Below, piece by piece: positions 52,959 through 64,000 of a stretch of DNA of 64,000 nt. The translations under genes and the position numbers were made by a program. Source of the stretch: Vermamoeba vermiformis. Lineage: Eukaryota. The stretch spans positions 1 through 64,000 of the forward strand of contig JBEWZL010000237.1 of NCBI GenBank assembly GCA_045837725.1, written 5' to 3'. The number at the start of each line of letters is the position of its first letter. Within the stretch, counting starts at the first letter, position 1. Below the pieces are notes generated by a model that was not told the origin of the DNA, made no database searches, and was given only the letters and a program-made list of their open reading frames with translations.

Positions 52959-54628
52959 TTGCCAAACGAGATCTGGTTTCTCATTTTCGACAAAATCGAC
53001 ATACCATACAAGTGTCCTATACTCCCTAAATATCATTCTGATGATTGGCGCCTCGCTTGGATTTTTCCGTTTCTCATCTTGACTTCAAAAGAACTAAAAA
53101 ACGTAAGGAGCCAAAATATGGCCGAACAGTCCTTCGATTTATATTAACGTGCATCTTTTGCGCAGATTGCGCGACAATATGTCGAGTCAAATCGCGTGTC
53201 TAGGACGCACATCCCGTACATTGACTTCACCGCATTTATGGCCCTACAAGGCTCGCTAAGTTGCCTAAAATATTTGTTGCAATTAGGATATCCCTGTACG
53301 CGAAAAACATCAGCATGTGCTGCGTTTAATGGCTCAATGGAAATTTTAAAATTTTTGAACGAAGAAGTGAAGGCCAAATGGAGCAAACAGACCTGCGACA
53401 TGGCTGCAAAGAGCGGAAATCTCGCGGCTTTGCAGTACGCGCATTCTATCGGGTGCTCGTGGACTGCTCAAACGTGTGCTGAAGCTGCGACAAATAGTCT
53501 CGCGTGCTTAAAGTACGCGCACGACAATGGTTGTCAGTGGAATGGAAACACGTGCAGTAGCGCTGCAGAGTTTAATCGCTTGGACTGTTTGACATACGCG
53601 TTCGATAGAGGCTGTGAGTCATGTCATTTATATAAAATATCAACGAGATTAATTATTAAGGATAGGTCCTTGGGACTCACGAACAGCCATGCTCGCGGCA
53701 TTCAGCAATTCATTTCCGTGCTTCAAATTTGCGGTCAAGAACGGCTGTCCCGTTGACGACCTTACGTACAATGCCGCAGCAATTAGCGGCTCAATCCAAT
53801 GTTTGCAATACTTGCTTGACACGTATCAAACGAAACCTAATGTCGGTCAATCTATCGTAGTCAAAGATAACATGGAGGCCATTAAATTTGCACACAACAA
53901 AGGTTTGATCACGTGGACAGCAGCTGTGTGTGAAGCAGCTTCAATGCACGGCAGCATCAATGCCCTCAAGTACGCGCGTCAGAACAAATGTCCATGGACT
54001 GCCAAGACCGCTAATCACGCTGCCAATCTCGAGTGCTTGCAATATACGCTGCAGAATGGATGTCCGTACACACCAGCTGACGTGTGTGCCAATGCTGTCA
54101 AACGTGGAGATCTCGCCATGTTGTCATTTGCAGTCGAGTTCGGATGTCAGTGGGACTTGAACACGTTGTGCCACGGAGTTGTCGTGAATGATATAGCCAT
54201 GGTCCGGTATATTTACAAACGGTCTAAGCCTCAATGGCCGAAAGGTCTCTTATCGACCAATCGTGAAGTACTAAGTTACATGCATCGGCACAAATGTACG
54301 AGCTGACCTAAATAACCAAATTGTTAATGATCTTATTATAGGTCCCTGGGACATCAAGCAGACCGAGATATTGGCTGAATTGGGTCAATACGAGCTGTTG
54401 CAATACGTCCACAAGAGAGGCTGTCATTGGGGTCCTGCAACGTGCACCATGGCAGCCAAGGGCGGGTATTTGACCTGCTTGAAGTACGCGCACGAGAACG
54501 GTGCACCATGGGACGAAACTACACTCGCCGAAGCTGTGCGACACGACGAGCTGCAGTGCATTGATTACGTCAAAAGACATAAAATTAATGAAAGCAAGGT
54601 CCGAAAGCAACTGTCAATTCAAAATTAA
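52959..54628 (+). CDS. Ankyrin-repeat protein of the 'GCPW' type with F-box-like N-terminus (start uncertain)
   Basis: LPNEIWFLIFDKI; many AA..G.L.CLKYAHENG.PW repeats; three introns join the ORFs. Confidence 0.85.
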
Positions 54629-54835
54629 ATAATCTGGCCATACGAACAACAAGCAAATGCCTGTGAGGAAAAAAGTAAGACTAAGACTTTAATTAGAATG
54701 GATATAGACTAACGGCTTGACAATAGGGAACAGATCCACCAAAAATAAATCTTCTGTCTATTTACAGCTTGATCTTCAAAACATTCTTTCCTTTAAGAGC
54801 TATAATGATGGCGTCGGTAAGCGGAGCTAGTATTT

Positions 54836-55933
54836 TTGGTATGCATTTTTAGATTTATTGGATTCAAATTTAAAAAAGAATTGACATCTGGTTTGGTAGT
54901 GCTCTACAAAATTGCCCAAAATTTCGATCTGCTCAAGAAATTATTGCACTGGTTTTTTAAGCCGGAAAGGCCGACCGAGAAACAGCTCACCAGCGACACA
55001 ACCATTGAAAAGTACTTGCCCGAGATCCCCTTTGCTGCTGTGGCTATTAATTACGATATGCCTTTGGGTGCTGGAGGTTTTGGTGCTGTTTATTTAGGAC
55101 GTTATCATGGCGACGTTGCAGTAAAGATATTTAAAGCTGCAGAAAACTCAAAAACCGAAATCCAAGCCCACGTGTAAGTTCTTCCCATTCGAATAGTTCA
55201 CTCACTATTGGACTTATAGAAAGTTAAATCACTCGCGGGTAGTGCAAATGTTTGGTTTTACAGTCAATCCAGAGACCAAAGAAGTACATCTGGTCATGGA
55301 ACTAATGCGCGATGGCTCGCTCGAGCAATTGCTTCGGCAAGACAAAAAATTGAACATTAATGAGGTCTTAAAACTGGCTTCAGAAATAGCAGAGGGCATT
55401 AGCTTCTTACACGAAAAAAAGATTATTCACAGAGATCTCAAACCCGCTAATATCTTGGTGCGTTGTTTGTAATGCACGAAAGGCACTACTAATAATACAC
55501 CAGTTGCATAGCAATAGAACCAGTGCTAAAATTTCCGATTTTGGCACGGCAAGGTTCTTAGAGGGTGAATCTGGCGTATCCTCCATTCACGGGACACCAG
55601 TATATTGGGCGCCAGAATTGTTAGAACCAAATGTGAAATATAACACATCGCTCGATATCTATGCGTAGGTAATAACATTTTGAATACCAGTTCACTGACA
55701 GTAGATCCAGGTTTGGCGCAATACTGTACGAAATGCTCACTAATGACCGTCTGTCGCGTTCTAACCGTATGAATATGATTGAACGCCTAGAGTCGTGGCG
55801 CCAGCACTTCAAACCACTCTTGTTTGCGTGTTGCGCACAGAATCCAAAAGAACGCCCTGGGATTGCCAATGTTTTAACGCAATTGAAGGCTATTCGTGTC
55901 GCTACTGCTGTTAGTAGCGAATCGTATAATTGA
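54836..55933 (+). CDS. TKL-like protein kinase (5' end uncertain, possible frameshift upstream of the kinase domain)
   Basis: LGAGGFGAVY, VAVK, HRDLKPANIL, ISDFG, GTPVYWAPE, DIYA|FG, ERP. Confidence 0.88.
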
Positions 55934-56106
55934 TTATATAAATGTTGTTTACATTGGTATGTAAACAAATAATGTTCGCAATACACGCTGCAGAATGGGT
56001 CCGAGCACGTGCCAATATTGTTTAAAGTGCGTTCAGTTTAATTTTCCAGTTGACTGCGAAACGACGAACAACTCCAAAACAACATTCAACGAGTAGCAAC
56101 ACCAAT

Positions 56107-56771
56107 ATGGAGTAAGTGACGCTGACTTATGGCGAGACCAATTTACGTTTACAAACCGCAAATTTTTGAATAAAACAGCGCTCTGAAGAGGAAAATTAGA
56201 TGTAGTATTAATTATAATAATTTTAAAAATATAGGATTAACGATTTGAAACTTATTTCCGGATCTATTGAAATGGGCATCTGCCGCAGTAGTTGGCGACG
56301 GGATCCGTGGAATGTACTGGTACTACGAACGCCATATGAGGTCTTATTGGAGTTCGAACGCAAAGATCTCAGCGAAGAAAACGTGCGAAACTGGATTCAA
56401 CACCACATCCAACTCCTTAACGACAACGGAAACGCAGCAGCTCGCGCCAATATAATTAATATAGTCAACACTGCAGAAGGAAAGTACAAAGCGAAAGTAG
56501 AGTTCAATAATTATCCAACGAGAGCGAATGGAGCCCAAGTTGAATCTTATGAATACTTGGTCCTGGATGTATTGGGCCATCATTCCTTCAAAATAGAAGA
56601 TCTTTACGAGCCGACTAAAATTCCAGAGCGATATCATGCGTATGCAGCAACATTCAGTAAGTTCAACTTGCGAACGCATCTGCTTCAATTTTTGTACTCA
56701 ACGAATTTCTCGGTACAGTGCCTCGTCCACAGCCGGTCTATCATTTAGAAATGCTGGAACAACGCTATTGA
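56107..56771 (+). CDS. Hypothetical protein, paralog A of a tandem pair (3 exons)
   Basis: Micro first exon ATGGA|GT; SGSIEMGIC....RRDPWNVLV motif shared with the neighbour. Confidence 0.7.
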
Positions 56772-56882
56772 TTTAAATCGAGTTAAAATTTCTGTAACGT
56801 TGTAGAAAACGATTTATTTAACTTAACCCAACAGTAACGAGCACCACAACCACAACCACAATAGTTTCAAATAATTATCTCG

Positions 56883-57665
56883 ATGCAACAAGGGTAAGCA
56901 TATCACATTCGGAAAGGTTGAGCTTGTTGCAACCTAGATCTTGGTTTCTGAATACCTATACCGAATTCTAACTGCTCGCACTTACTTAATATTTAACTTC
57001 CTGTAATTTCCGTATTGTTTTATGAATTATTAATTTATTTCCAAATTTTATTTGAGCCAGGGAGCAAGATCTTAAACGAGGCAGCTTTACAATCATTACA
57101 TGCTGCGACAAACGCCGAAGAGATCCATATGATGTGGTAGTATATGATAGACCTATCAAAGTCAGCTTAAAATTCAAAGACAAAAAGAAAACTGAAGCAG
57201 ATGCGACCGCTTGGGTTAAAAACAATTTTGACATGGGCTACAATTTTATTAAGACAATAGAAAATGTAGAAAAAATAGACAAAGGCGAGTTTACAGTGCA
57301 CGTAAAATTCGCCAGAAATGTGATTCCAGTTAGCACAACCGAGCGCCATTATCCGATCGGCATGATTGAAGAGGCATCCAAGCCCAATATTACGGTGTGT
57401 GGTCAATACAATTACACAGTAGAAATGGCTAGTCAATATCCTGATGTGGAAAAAAGGCCCAGCGACAGAGAAGTTCGGTTCGGTGAGTCTCTTAAACAGA
57501 CAGTCTCTCTGTTACAAATCGAACGGAGATATCCGTCTTTATTGATAAAATATTCTAAATAACGCCTAATTTCCAACGTGCACTTCGGTCGGTAACTGAT
57601 CTGTTTTTGTTGATGTAGTTCCTTACGAGGCGCAAGAGGAATTCACCGAAGAAGCGTTTTTTTAA
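56883..57665 (+). CDS. Hypothetical protein, paralog B of a tandem pair (3 exons)
   Basis: Micro first exon; RGSFTIITCC..RRRDPYDVVV; same intron phases as paralog A. Confidence 0.7.
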
Positions 57666-57896
57666 TATGTTGCGATTTTATGTGTAGGATACAGCTGACT
57701 ATAAATGCGTGTAATGTACGCCTTGCAATCATGCGCAATTTTAAATGCTGCAGAATTCAACAGGCCTGCTGCGCAAATTAGAATTTCATTCATACAATAG
57801 AATTAGCATGAAATTAAATGAATGCGGTTGATGTGCACGTATTGTTCGTCAATCTCTATTTATTTACAAGTAATGTACATCCGATCGCGTCAATAT

Positions 57897-58191
57897 TTAA
57901 AAATGTCCGTGGTGACCGTGTCCATGTCCGTGATGTCCACCATGGTGCCCGTGATGACCGTGATGTGAGAAATGACTGTGGTGGCTGTGATGGTGATGAT
58001 GGCCGTGTGAAGCGCCAAACTAAATAATAAATTAATTAGTAAATAGCTCGATCGAAATAAAATTAAATTTATTAACGTACTTGGAAGCCAATATGAGCAT
58101 TATGATGTCCGTGGTGGCCGTGGTGGTGATGGCCGTGATGATGGCTATCAACTTCAATGTAATGAGGAGGACCGCAGCACAATAAACCCAT
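57897..58191 (-). CDS. 77-aa His/Gly-rich micro-protein with N-terminal MGLLCC (exons 58191-58081, 58019-57897)
   Basis: MGLLCCGPPHYIEVDSHHHGHHHHGHHGHHNAHIGFQ|FGASHGHHHHHSHHSHFSHHGHHGHHGGHHGHGHGHHGHF*; phase-0 GT-AG intron; mixed CAT/CAC and GGN codons indicate protein-level constraint. Confidence 0.85.
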
Positions 58192-58517
58192 AGGTAATTA
58201 TATTAGCTAATATAAATTTGTTGTTAAAATTATTTGCTATTAAGCTCTTGGTGTTGTTCGCTAGGTGCAATAAAATGGGAATGGTGCGTTTTCGTTTTTC
58301 TCTTTTTCCTTAGCCCTGGCAGATCCAGCTTATTTTTGGGAACAGAAATATCTCAGGCATTTTCATTCTCAGAACTTGGTGCAGGATATTTTCGTAATTT
58401 TTAATCGTGCGATGGCATCGCTATAGGTCGGTTCCAAGCAAACTTGCGAAAGGCGACTGAAACGAATCCAATTCTTTTATTTGTTAGTTAACTACCTATT
58501 TGTACCTGTTTAGCGTA

Positions 58518-58766
58518 CTGTTCGACGCATTCAAATTCATACAACCCAATTTTTTCGCGCCAACAACTAAAATGTCGGCGCTCGTCACGCGACTCCATAG
58601 TCACGTGGGACTTTCCTAATAAGGCATACCCAGAGCCATCCCCAATGGCATTGTTGCCATAGGGGGTTGATATAGATGCGATACCTAGGGAGGTCGGGAG
58701 AGTGCGCAACATTATGGTTGTTTTCGCGAAAAAATCGAGTTGTATGAATTTGAATGCGTCGAACAG
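58518..58766. mobile_element. 249-bp MITE, Tc1/mariner-like (TA TSD, ~65-bp imperfect TIRs)
   Basis: TA|CTGTTCGACGCATTCAAATTCATACAAC ... GTTGTATGAATTTGAATGCGTCGAACAG|TA; the first 28 bp are perfectly inverted; removing the element restores a continuous ORF. Confidence 0.85.
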
Positions 58767-60149
58767 TACAATTCTTTACATTGGTCCCAAAATTGAACAA
58801 ATTGCTGCTCTTGTATCGCAGTCAGAGGCCTTGCGAGTTCAGATTTGGCTGCTTTGTTATGCCAATTGAAAGGTGGTGTAGGTCTCGAGCTCGCGTCTAG
58901 ATTCCGGTATATGCATTGAAAGAATGTTCTTACAAACTTGTAGTCTAATTTAGGCAAAGAAGTGACATCGACAACATGAAATCCAGCCTCGAACTCTTTA
59001 CATCTCGCGGCTGCTTCGAGCAATGACGCTATAATAAATTTATATCAGTATAAATGTACACTATGTGCTATATTTGAATACTTACACGCCACATTGACAG
59101 AAGATCCAATGCTGAGTTTGCTTTCTTGGTAGATCTGTACAGCCTTTGAGAATTTGTTCGCGAATCCTAAGCCATCCAATATTACGGCATATGTTGCTTC
59201 ATCAGGTAGTATATTTTTGCTCTTCATCTCCTCAAACAGACCAAGTGCTTCGTCGATCAAGCTGGATTTGCAAAACATTTCAATAGCAATGTTGTATGAG
59301 ATTGTATTCATCGGCTTGTTGCTCAACTGTCTCTCCTTGAAAATACTCTTTAATTCGTTGATTTTGTGGCACTGAACAAAGGCTTTCAAAAGACCATTAA
59401 AGACAAACACATCCGCACCGAATCTCTGTTCGAACTCTTTGAACAGATCCACTGCCTTCTCGACTTGCAATAATCGTGCATATATAACCATCAAGTGGTA
59501 ATACTCGTGTTTGACCATATCAGCGCTATTATTAGTTTTTAATTGCGCAACAAACGCATCTAATTCGCCCTTCATTTCTTTCAACGCAGAACTGACTTGC
59601 CGACTGTACTCGCGCTTAGAATGTAATATGCCATTAATAACAAGGCTATATATGCGTGCGTTAGGCTTGAATGACAGATCTGCTCGTGTCATTTCGTCCA
59701 TTAATTGGCGCGCTTTGATCCATTCTCTTTTGTTCGAATAAAATTCAATCACCAGTTCATATGAACGATAGTCCGGCTTAATATCTATAGATAAAAAACG
59801 TTATTACGAGTAAGTAAAGGCTTACTTTGGACTTACGGCTATTTTTCAATTGATCCCAAGCTTTTTCAACATTTTCTTCAGAGCCTCTTCTAATTGCGTG
59901 AATTAAATCCCCAAAAATTTTGCTATTTTTCTCCGTATTATTGGTGCAGTAGATCCTTGCTGGAAATAATCTTGCGAGTAAAGATCTGGATTGATTTTCT
60001 GACGCGCTGCTTGATCGAATAACACTACTAGTCTAAAGAGTTATTAATATTAATACAGAGTTTTTTTTGCAATTACTTACCCGAGCAGATCTCGCGGAAC
60101 GCGTCATCAAACGGTAAATTGAATTCATCTTCGTTACTTGAACATTCAT
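58712..60149 (-). CDS. Pentatricopeptide-repeat (PPR) protein, likely mitochondrial (4 exons); C-terminus altered by MITE
   Basis: PNARIYSLVING, DVFVFNGLLKAF, NTISYNIAIEMFCK...ALGLFEEMKSKNILPDEATYAVILDG. Confidence 0.88.
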
Positions 60150-60787
60150 AATAATTTGTTGCCAATTATTTATTCATCAGCACCAATCATGAGTCATGTT
60201 GTTACACTTCGGCGCGAAAAAGACAATTGGAAGACAATCACGCGGACTGTTCAAAATTGGAGTTGATGGTTGCACATCATCAGCGAAACAACACGTGAAA
60301 CGATCATTTGTTAAATAATACGTGTTATTATTATCGAATTCAAGTCATGGCTGGCCGTAGAATAACTGTATGGGTCAAATGCTTGATCCTGCTTCAAATA
60401 TTTTTCTGTGTAATAAAATGCGCAGAAACTACTGTAGAAGATCATAATGACGAGGTAAGTGCCAATTTTTCTCCTTTTAATAATTTTTCTGATTTTTGCG
60501 GTTAAATCTTGATCAAATCTGGCTTGCCTGCATTACTCGGCAATGTTATATCCATAGACATTATTTAAATTAATATTATGAATGTACGATATGAAATATC
60601 TAGAACGAATGTAAACTTCTAGTGTTGTATGTGATCTTCTTGAAACGTGAAGATCCTTCTGGAATTTTTTGGCCGTTTTGTACAAAAACAAAATTTTTCA
60701 ATTTCTTTCATTCATCTTGTACTCACATATTAACAAACATATAAGGCCGATATCATTATAAGCGCCAATAACTTGCCTGAAGAAACA

Positions 60788-61965
60788 ATGTTGAACCAAG
60801 CTGCGCGTCTGATCAAGAAAGTTGTCAAGCCCTTCGCTACATCTGATGGTAATTTCGACCTAATGTGCATTTAAATTAAATACAAATATTAATTTTACTA
60901 AATATTATAGGTGCTGGTGTCTCTTTGAGCAGAACTATCGGAGGACCAAGAATCGATAACTTCGATCCCTTTTTATTATTGGATGAATTCAAGTCCGAAG
61001 ACGTATGTATTACTAAAACAATTACGAAATTGATATTAATAATAATTTGCGATTAGGCCAATGATTATATTGCCGGATTTCCCGATCACCCTCACCGTGG
61101 CTTCGAAACAGTGACTTATATGCTCACAGGCAGTATGGAGCACAAAGACCACAAGGGCAACAAAGGCTTGTTGCGATCTGGCTCCGTACAGTGGATGACT
61201 GCAGGCCGCGGTATCGTTCACTCTGAAATGCCCAAACAAGACAATGGTTTGATTTGGGGCTTCCAATTGGTACGTACAAATATTTAAATATTATTCAGGG
61301 CGCTATTACCGCATTGTTTATTACTGGATCTAACATAAATTTTATTAGTGGGTGAATTTGCCTAAAAAGGATAAAATGGTCGAACCTCGTTACCAAGACA
61401 TTCAACCGGAGAACATCCCCGTTGTAGAGCTCCAAGACGGTGTTAAAGTCAAAGTCGTTGCTGGAGAACTCAACGGCGTGAAAGGTGCTGTCACTGAAGT
61501 TGTCACGAAGCCTACGTACTTGGACATTCATTTGCCAGCCAATACCAAATTTAGTCATCCAGTGCCCTCCGACCACAACGCATTTACCTACATTTATGAA
61601 GGCAAGGCGACTTTCTTGTCCGGTGCCAATGACAAACAAACCTTGGATGCCAGCAACTTGATCCGTAAGTAACTCGCTACTTCTACTATTTTATGTTATT
61701 AGTGCATATATTAATATATTATAATAGTCTATGAACAAGGTGCTGACGTCATTAGCCTTGAAACTCACGATAAACCAGCTCGCGTTTTGTTGGTCTCAGG
61801 CAAGCCCATCAACGAACCTGTAAGTCGACAATTAACTTCGTAGAAATGATTTTTATCGTGTTAATAACCTTATTATAACAGATTGCTCGTTATGGTCCCT
61901 TCGTTATGAACACGCGCGAAGAAATTATGCAAGCGTTCCAAGACTTTCAATCTGGTCGTTTCTAA
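60788..61965 (+). CDS. PIR: Pirin (bicupin, iron-binding)
   Basis: [61 protein letters not shown]. Confidence 0.95.
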
Positions 61966-62143
61966 ACTGTAGCGAAACACCTAAAAGCTCAATTTTGATT
62001 GTAAATATTCGTAGAATAAACCACTGTATTGTAACACCATGAATCTCATTGTATGAATTGATTTCGGACAGGTCTAAAATTGGCATTAGAAAAATATCTT
62101 CGGCGGCAATTGTTTCAATACAAAAGTGCTCGAAGAGATAACT

Positions 62144-63362
62144 ATGCTTTCAGACCGAATACTAAATCACACATTTGCCACCGCTGGAGTGGTCGCAGTA
62201 GCAGGAATCGGGCTGTACTTCTTTCGAAAGGTAATCATCGCATATTCAATAAAAGGTGTTCTAAAATAATATCCGCTAGTTAATTGCAGGTGGAGTGAAC
62301 CCCTATCACCCAGATCTGGCAGGGAAAGTAAGGATCTTGTTCAATTAATTTCAAAAATAATTGGGTGCAGACAGCAATAGTTACAGGCGGAAACACTGGA
62401 ATAGGTTATGAAACTGTAAAATCTCTGGCAAAATTAAATGCCAATGTTATTGTGAGTAAGTAGTTGCAACTGATAATGCCATCCGTTTTGACAAGTGTCT
62501 AACTTTCAATTCTTCAGCGGTCAGAAGTGATGAAAAAGGCATCCGCACCGTTGAAAAACTTCGCAAAGAGACTGGAAACTATCGAATCGATTACCTCGTA
62601 CTCGAGCTGTCAAGTTTCAAATCGATCCACAACTTTGTCAAAGAATTCGAGAAGAGAGGTCAAAAGATTGATATTCTTATCAACAATGCCGGTGTGCTGG
62701 TATGAAGTGATATTCCAATGAGATTGATCGAAATATAACCTGGCTTACAGGCTCCACCAAGTTCTCTTACCGAGGACGGCTTAGAATTTCATTTCGGCGT
62801 GAACTACTTGGGTCACTTTCTTCTCACAAATCTCTTACTGAGGGCTAACTTACTTGCTGATGGATCGCGCATTGTATCACTATCATCGCACGGACACTTC
62901 TCCGGCAAGATCAACTTTGACGATTTGAACTGCAGCGGATTCTACGCTTACGCTCAAAGCAAACTCGCAATCATTCTTTTCTCTCGCGAACTGAACCGCA
63001 GACTGAAAGAACAAGGCAAGAACATTATCTCTGTCTCGTGCCATCCTGGCATGGGTAAGTTACTCTGAACCATTAAATTACGTGACTAAACGTTTCATGT
63101 TAAAGTGGTCACTGAGATGGGACGGCACATTCCTTGGTACTTCAAGCTGGTCATGACTCCTATCATGCGTTGGTTCACAAAAACAGCCGAACAGGGAGCC
63201 CAAACAACGCTCTATTGCGCACTTGCCCCTGAAGTTGCGAAGCAAGGTGGCGAGTACTTTTTTGACTGCAAATTGTATACGAAACCAAGTGCTGACGCTC
63301 GGGATGACAAGTTGGCTAAGAAGTTGTGGGAATTCAGCGAGAGATTGGCTAAACTGATTTAG
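62144..63362 (+). CDS. Retinol dehydrogenase 11/12-like SDR with N-terminal anchor
   Basis: IVTGGNTGIG, LINNAG, GVNYLGHFLLT, YAQSKLA, HPG, EQGAQTTLYCA. Confidence 0.92.
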
Positions 63363-63514
63363 CATGCTGTACCTGACGTAACAAACTCAAGTATTAACAC
63401 TTCGTAACGAAGATTCTTGATATTGTGGATTTTGGTCAATAGTATTTATGGAATTGCCGTATTTGAGCTGTAGTGAAATTTTAAACCTGAACGAATTTAA
63501 CTAAACAACACAAG

Positions 63515-64000
63515 ATGAATACTCGCTTAGAATACTTCCAACGAAATAAGCTGGCCACTGCTGGCACCGTTGCTGCCGCTGGAATTGGTTTGTTCTTTTG
63601 GCGGAAGGTAAACTGAATCAACGCGCCAATTGGTGCCGTCATTAATTCATCTATTCAGTTTATCGGCGGTGCATCGAATCCCCATCACCCAGATTTAACG
63701 GGAAAGGTGAGTCAAAATTAATTTGTGATTTCAAAATAAATCAAAAATTAAAATATTTAGCTCGTGGTTGTCACCGGCGGAAACACGGGAATTGGGTATG
63801 AAACCGCTAAGGGCCTCGCCCAATTAAAAGCGGAAGTTATTGTGAGTAAGTGTTGTGTTACCAACGTGGCAAATCTGACCATTTCCTCTAGCGGTGAGAA
63901 GTGACGAAAAAGGCGTCCGTACTGTTGAAAAACTTCGCAAAGAGACTGGAAACTATCGAATCGACTACCTCGTGCTTGAGCTGTCAAGTTTCAAATCGAT
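63515..64000 (+). CDS. Second RDH-like SDR paralog (truncated by window end)
   Basis: MNTRLE..AGIGLFFWRK|..HPDLTGK|LVVVTGGNTGIG; same intron positions and near-identical exon 4 as the upstream copy. Confidence 0.9.

Noticed and set aside
57900-58145. GTG/ATG tandem repeat as microsatellite or CRISPR-like array
   Set aside because: Explained by His/Gly codons on the minus strand; no repeat-spacer structure.
60347-60459. Signal-peptide-like exon ending in GTAAGT
   Set aside because: No downstream exons found; orphan.

Overview
Gene-dense eukaryotic (protist-like) genomic DNA with short (~40-60 nt) AT-rich GT-AG introns; no prokaryotic features. Gene models were assembled by eye from ORFs and splice signals. 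Contents: a membrane-anchored DUF1800-DUF1501 fusion; eRF3, whose introns carry a C/D snoRNA (snR75/SNORD15-like guide) and a lone 5' half of tRNA-Ser(CGA); five tandem FabG-like SDR paralogs; several secreted or GPI-type proteins; an ADP1-like ABCG transporter; a PH/DUF4476 protein; ACSS3; ankyrin, kinase, PPR, pirin and RDH genes. The standout is an intron-poor ~12.5-kb island (33358-45906). It encodes a bacterial-architecture caspase (Peptidase C14 + DUF4384-like), two TPR-CHAT proteases (one with a premature stop and frameshifts) that share an RGVPxKxVEL linker motif, and an intronless beta-rich unknown: a candidate eukaryotic caspase/CHAT proteolytic cascade. Also found: a TA-flanked MITE that rewrites the PPR C-terminus, and a 77-aa MGLLCC His-rich micro-protein absent from the ORF track.
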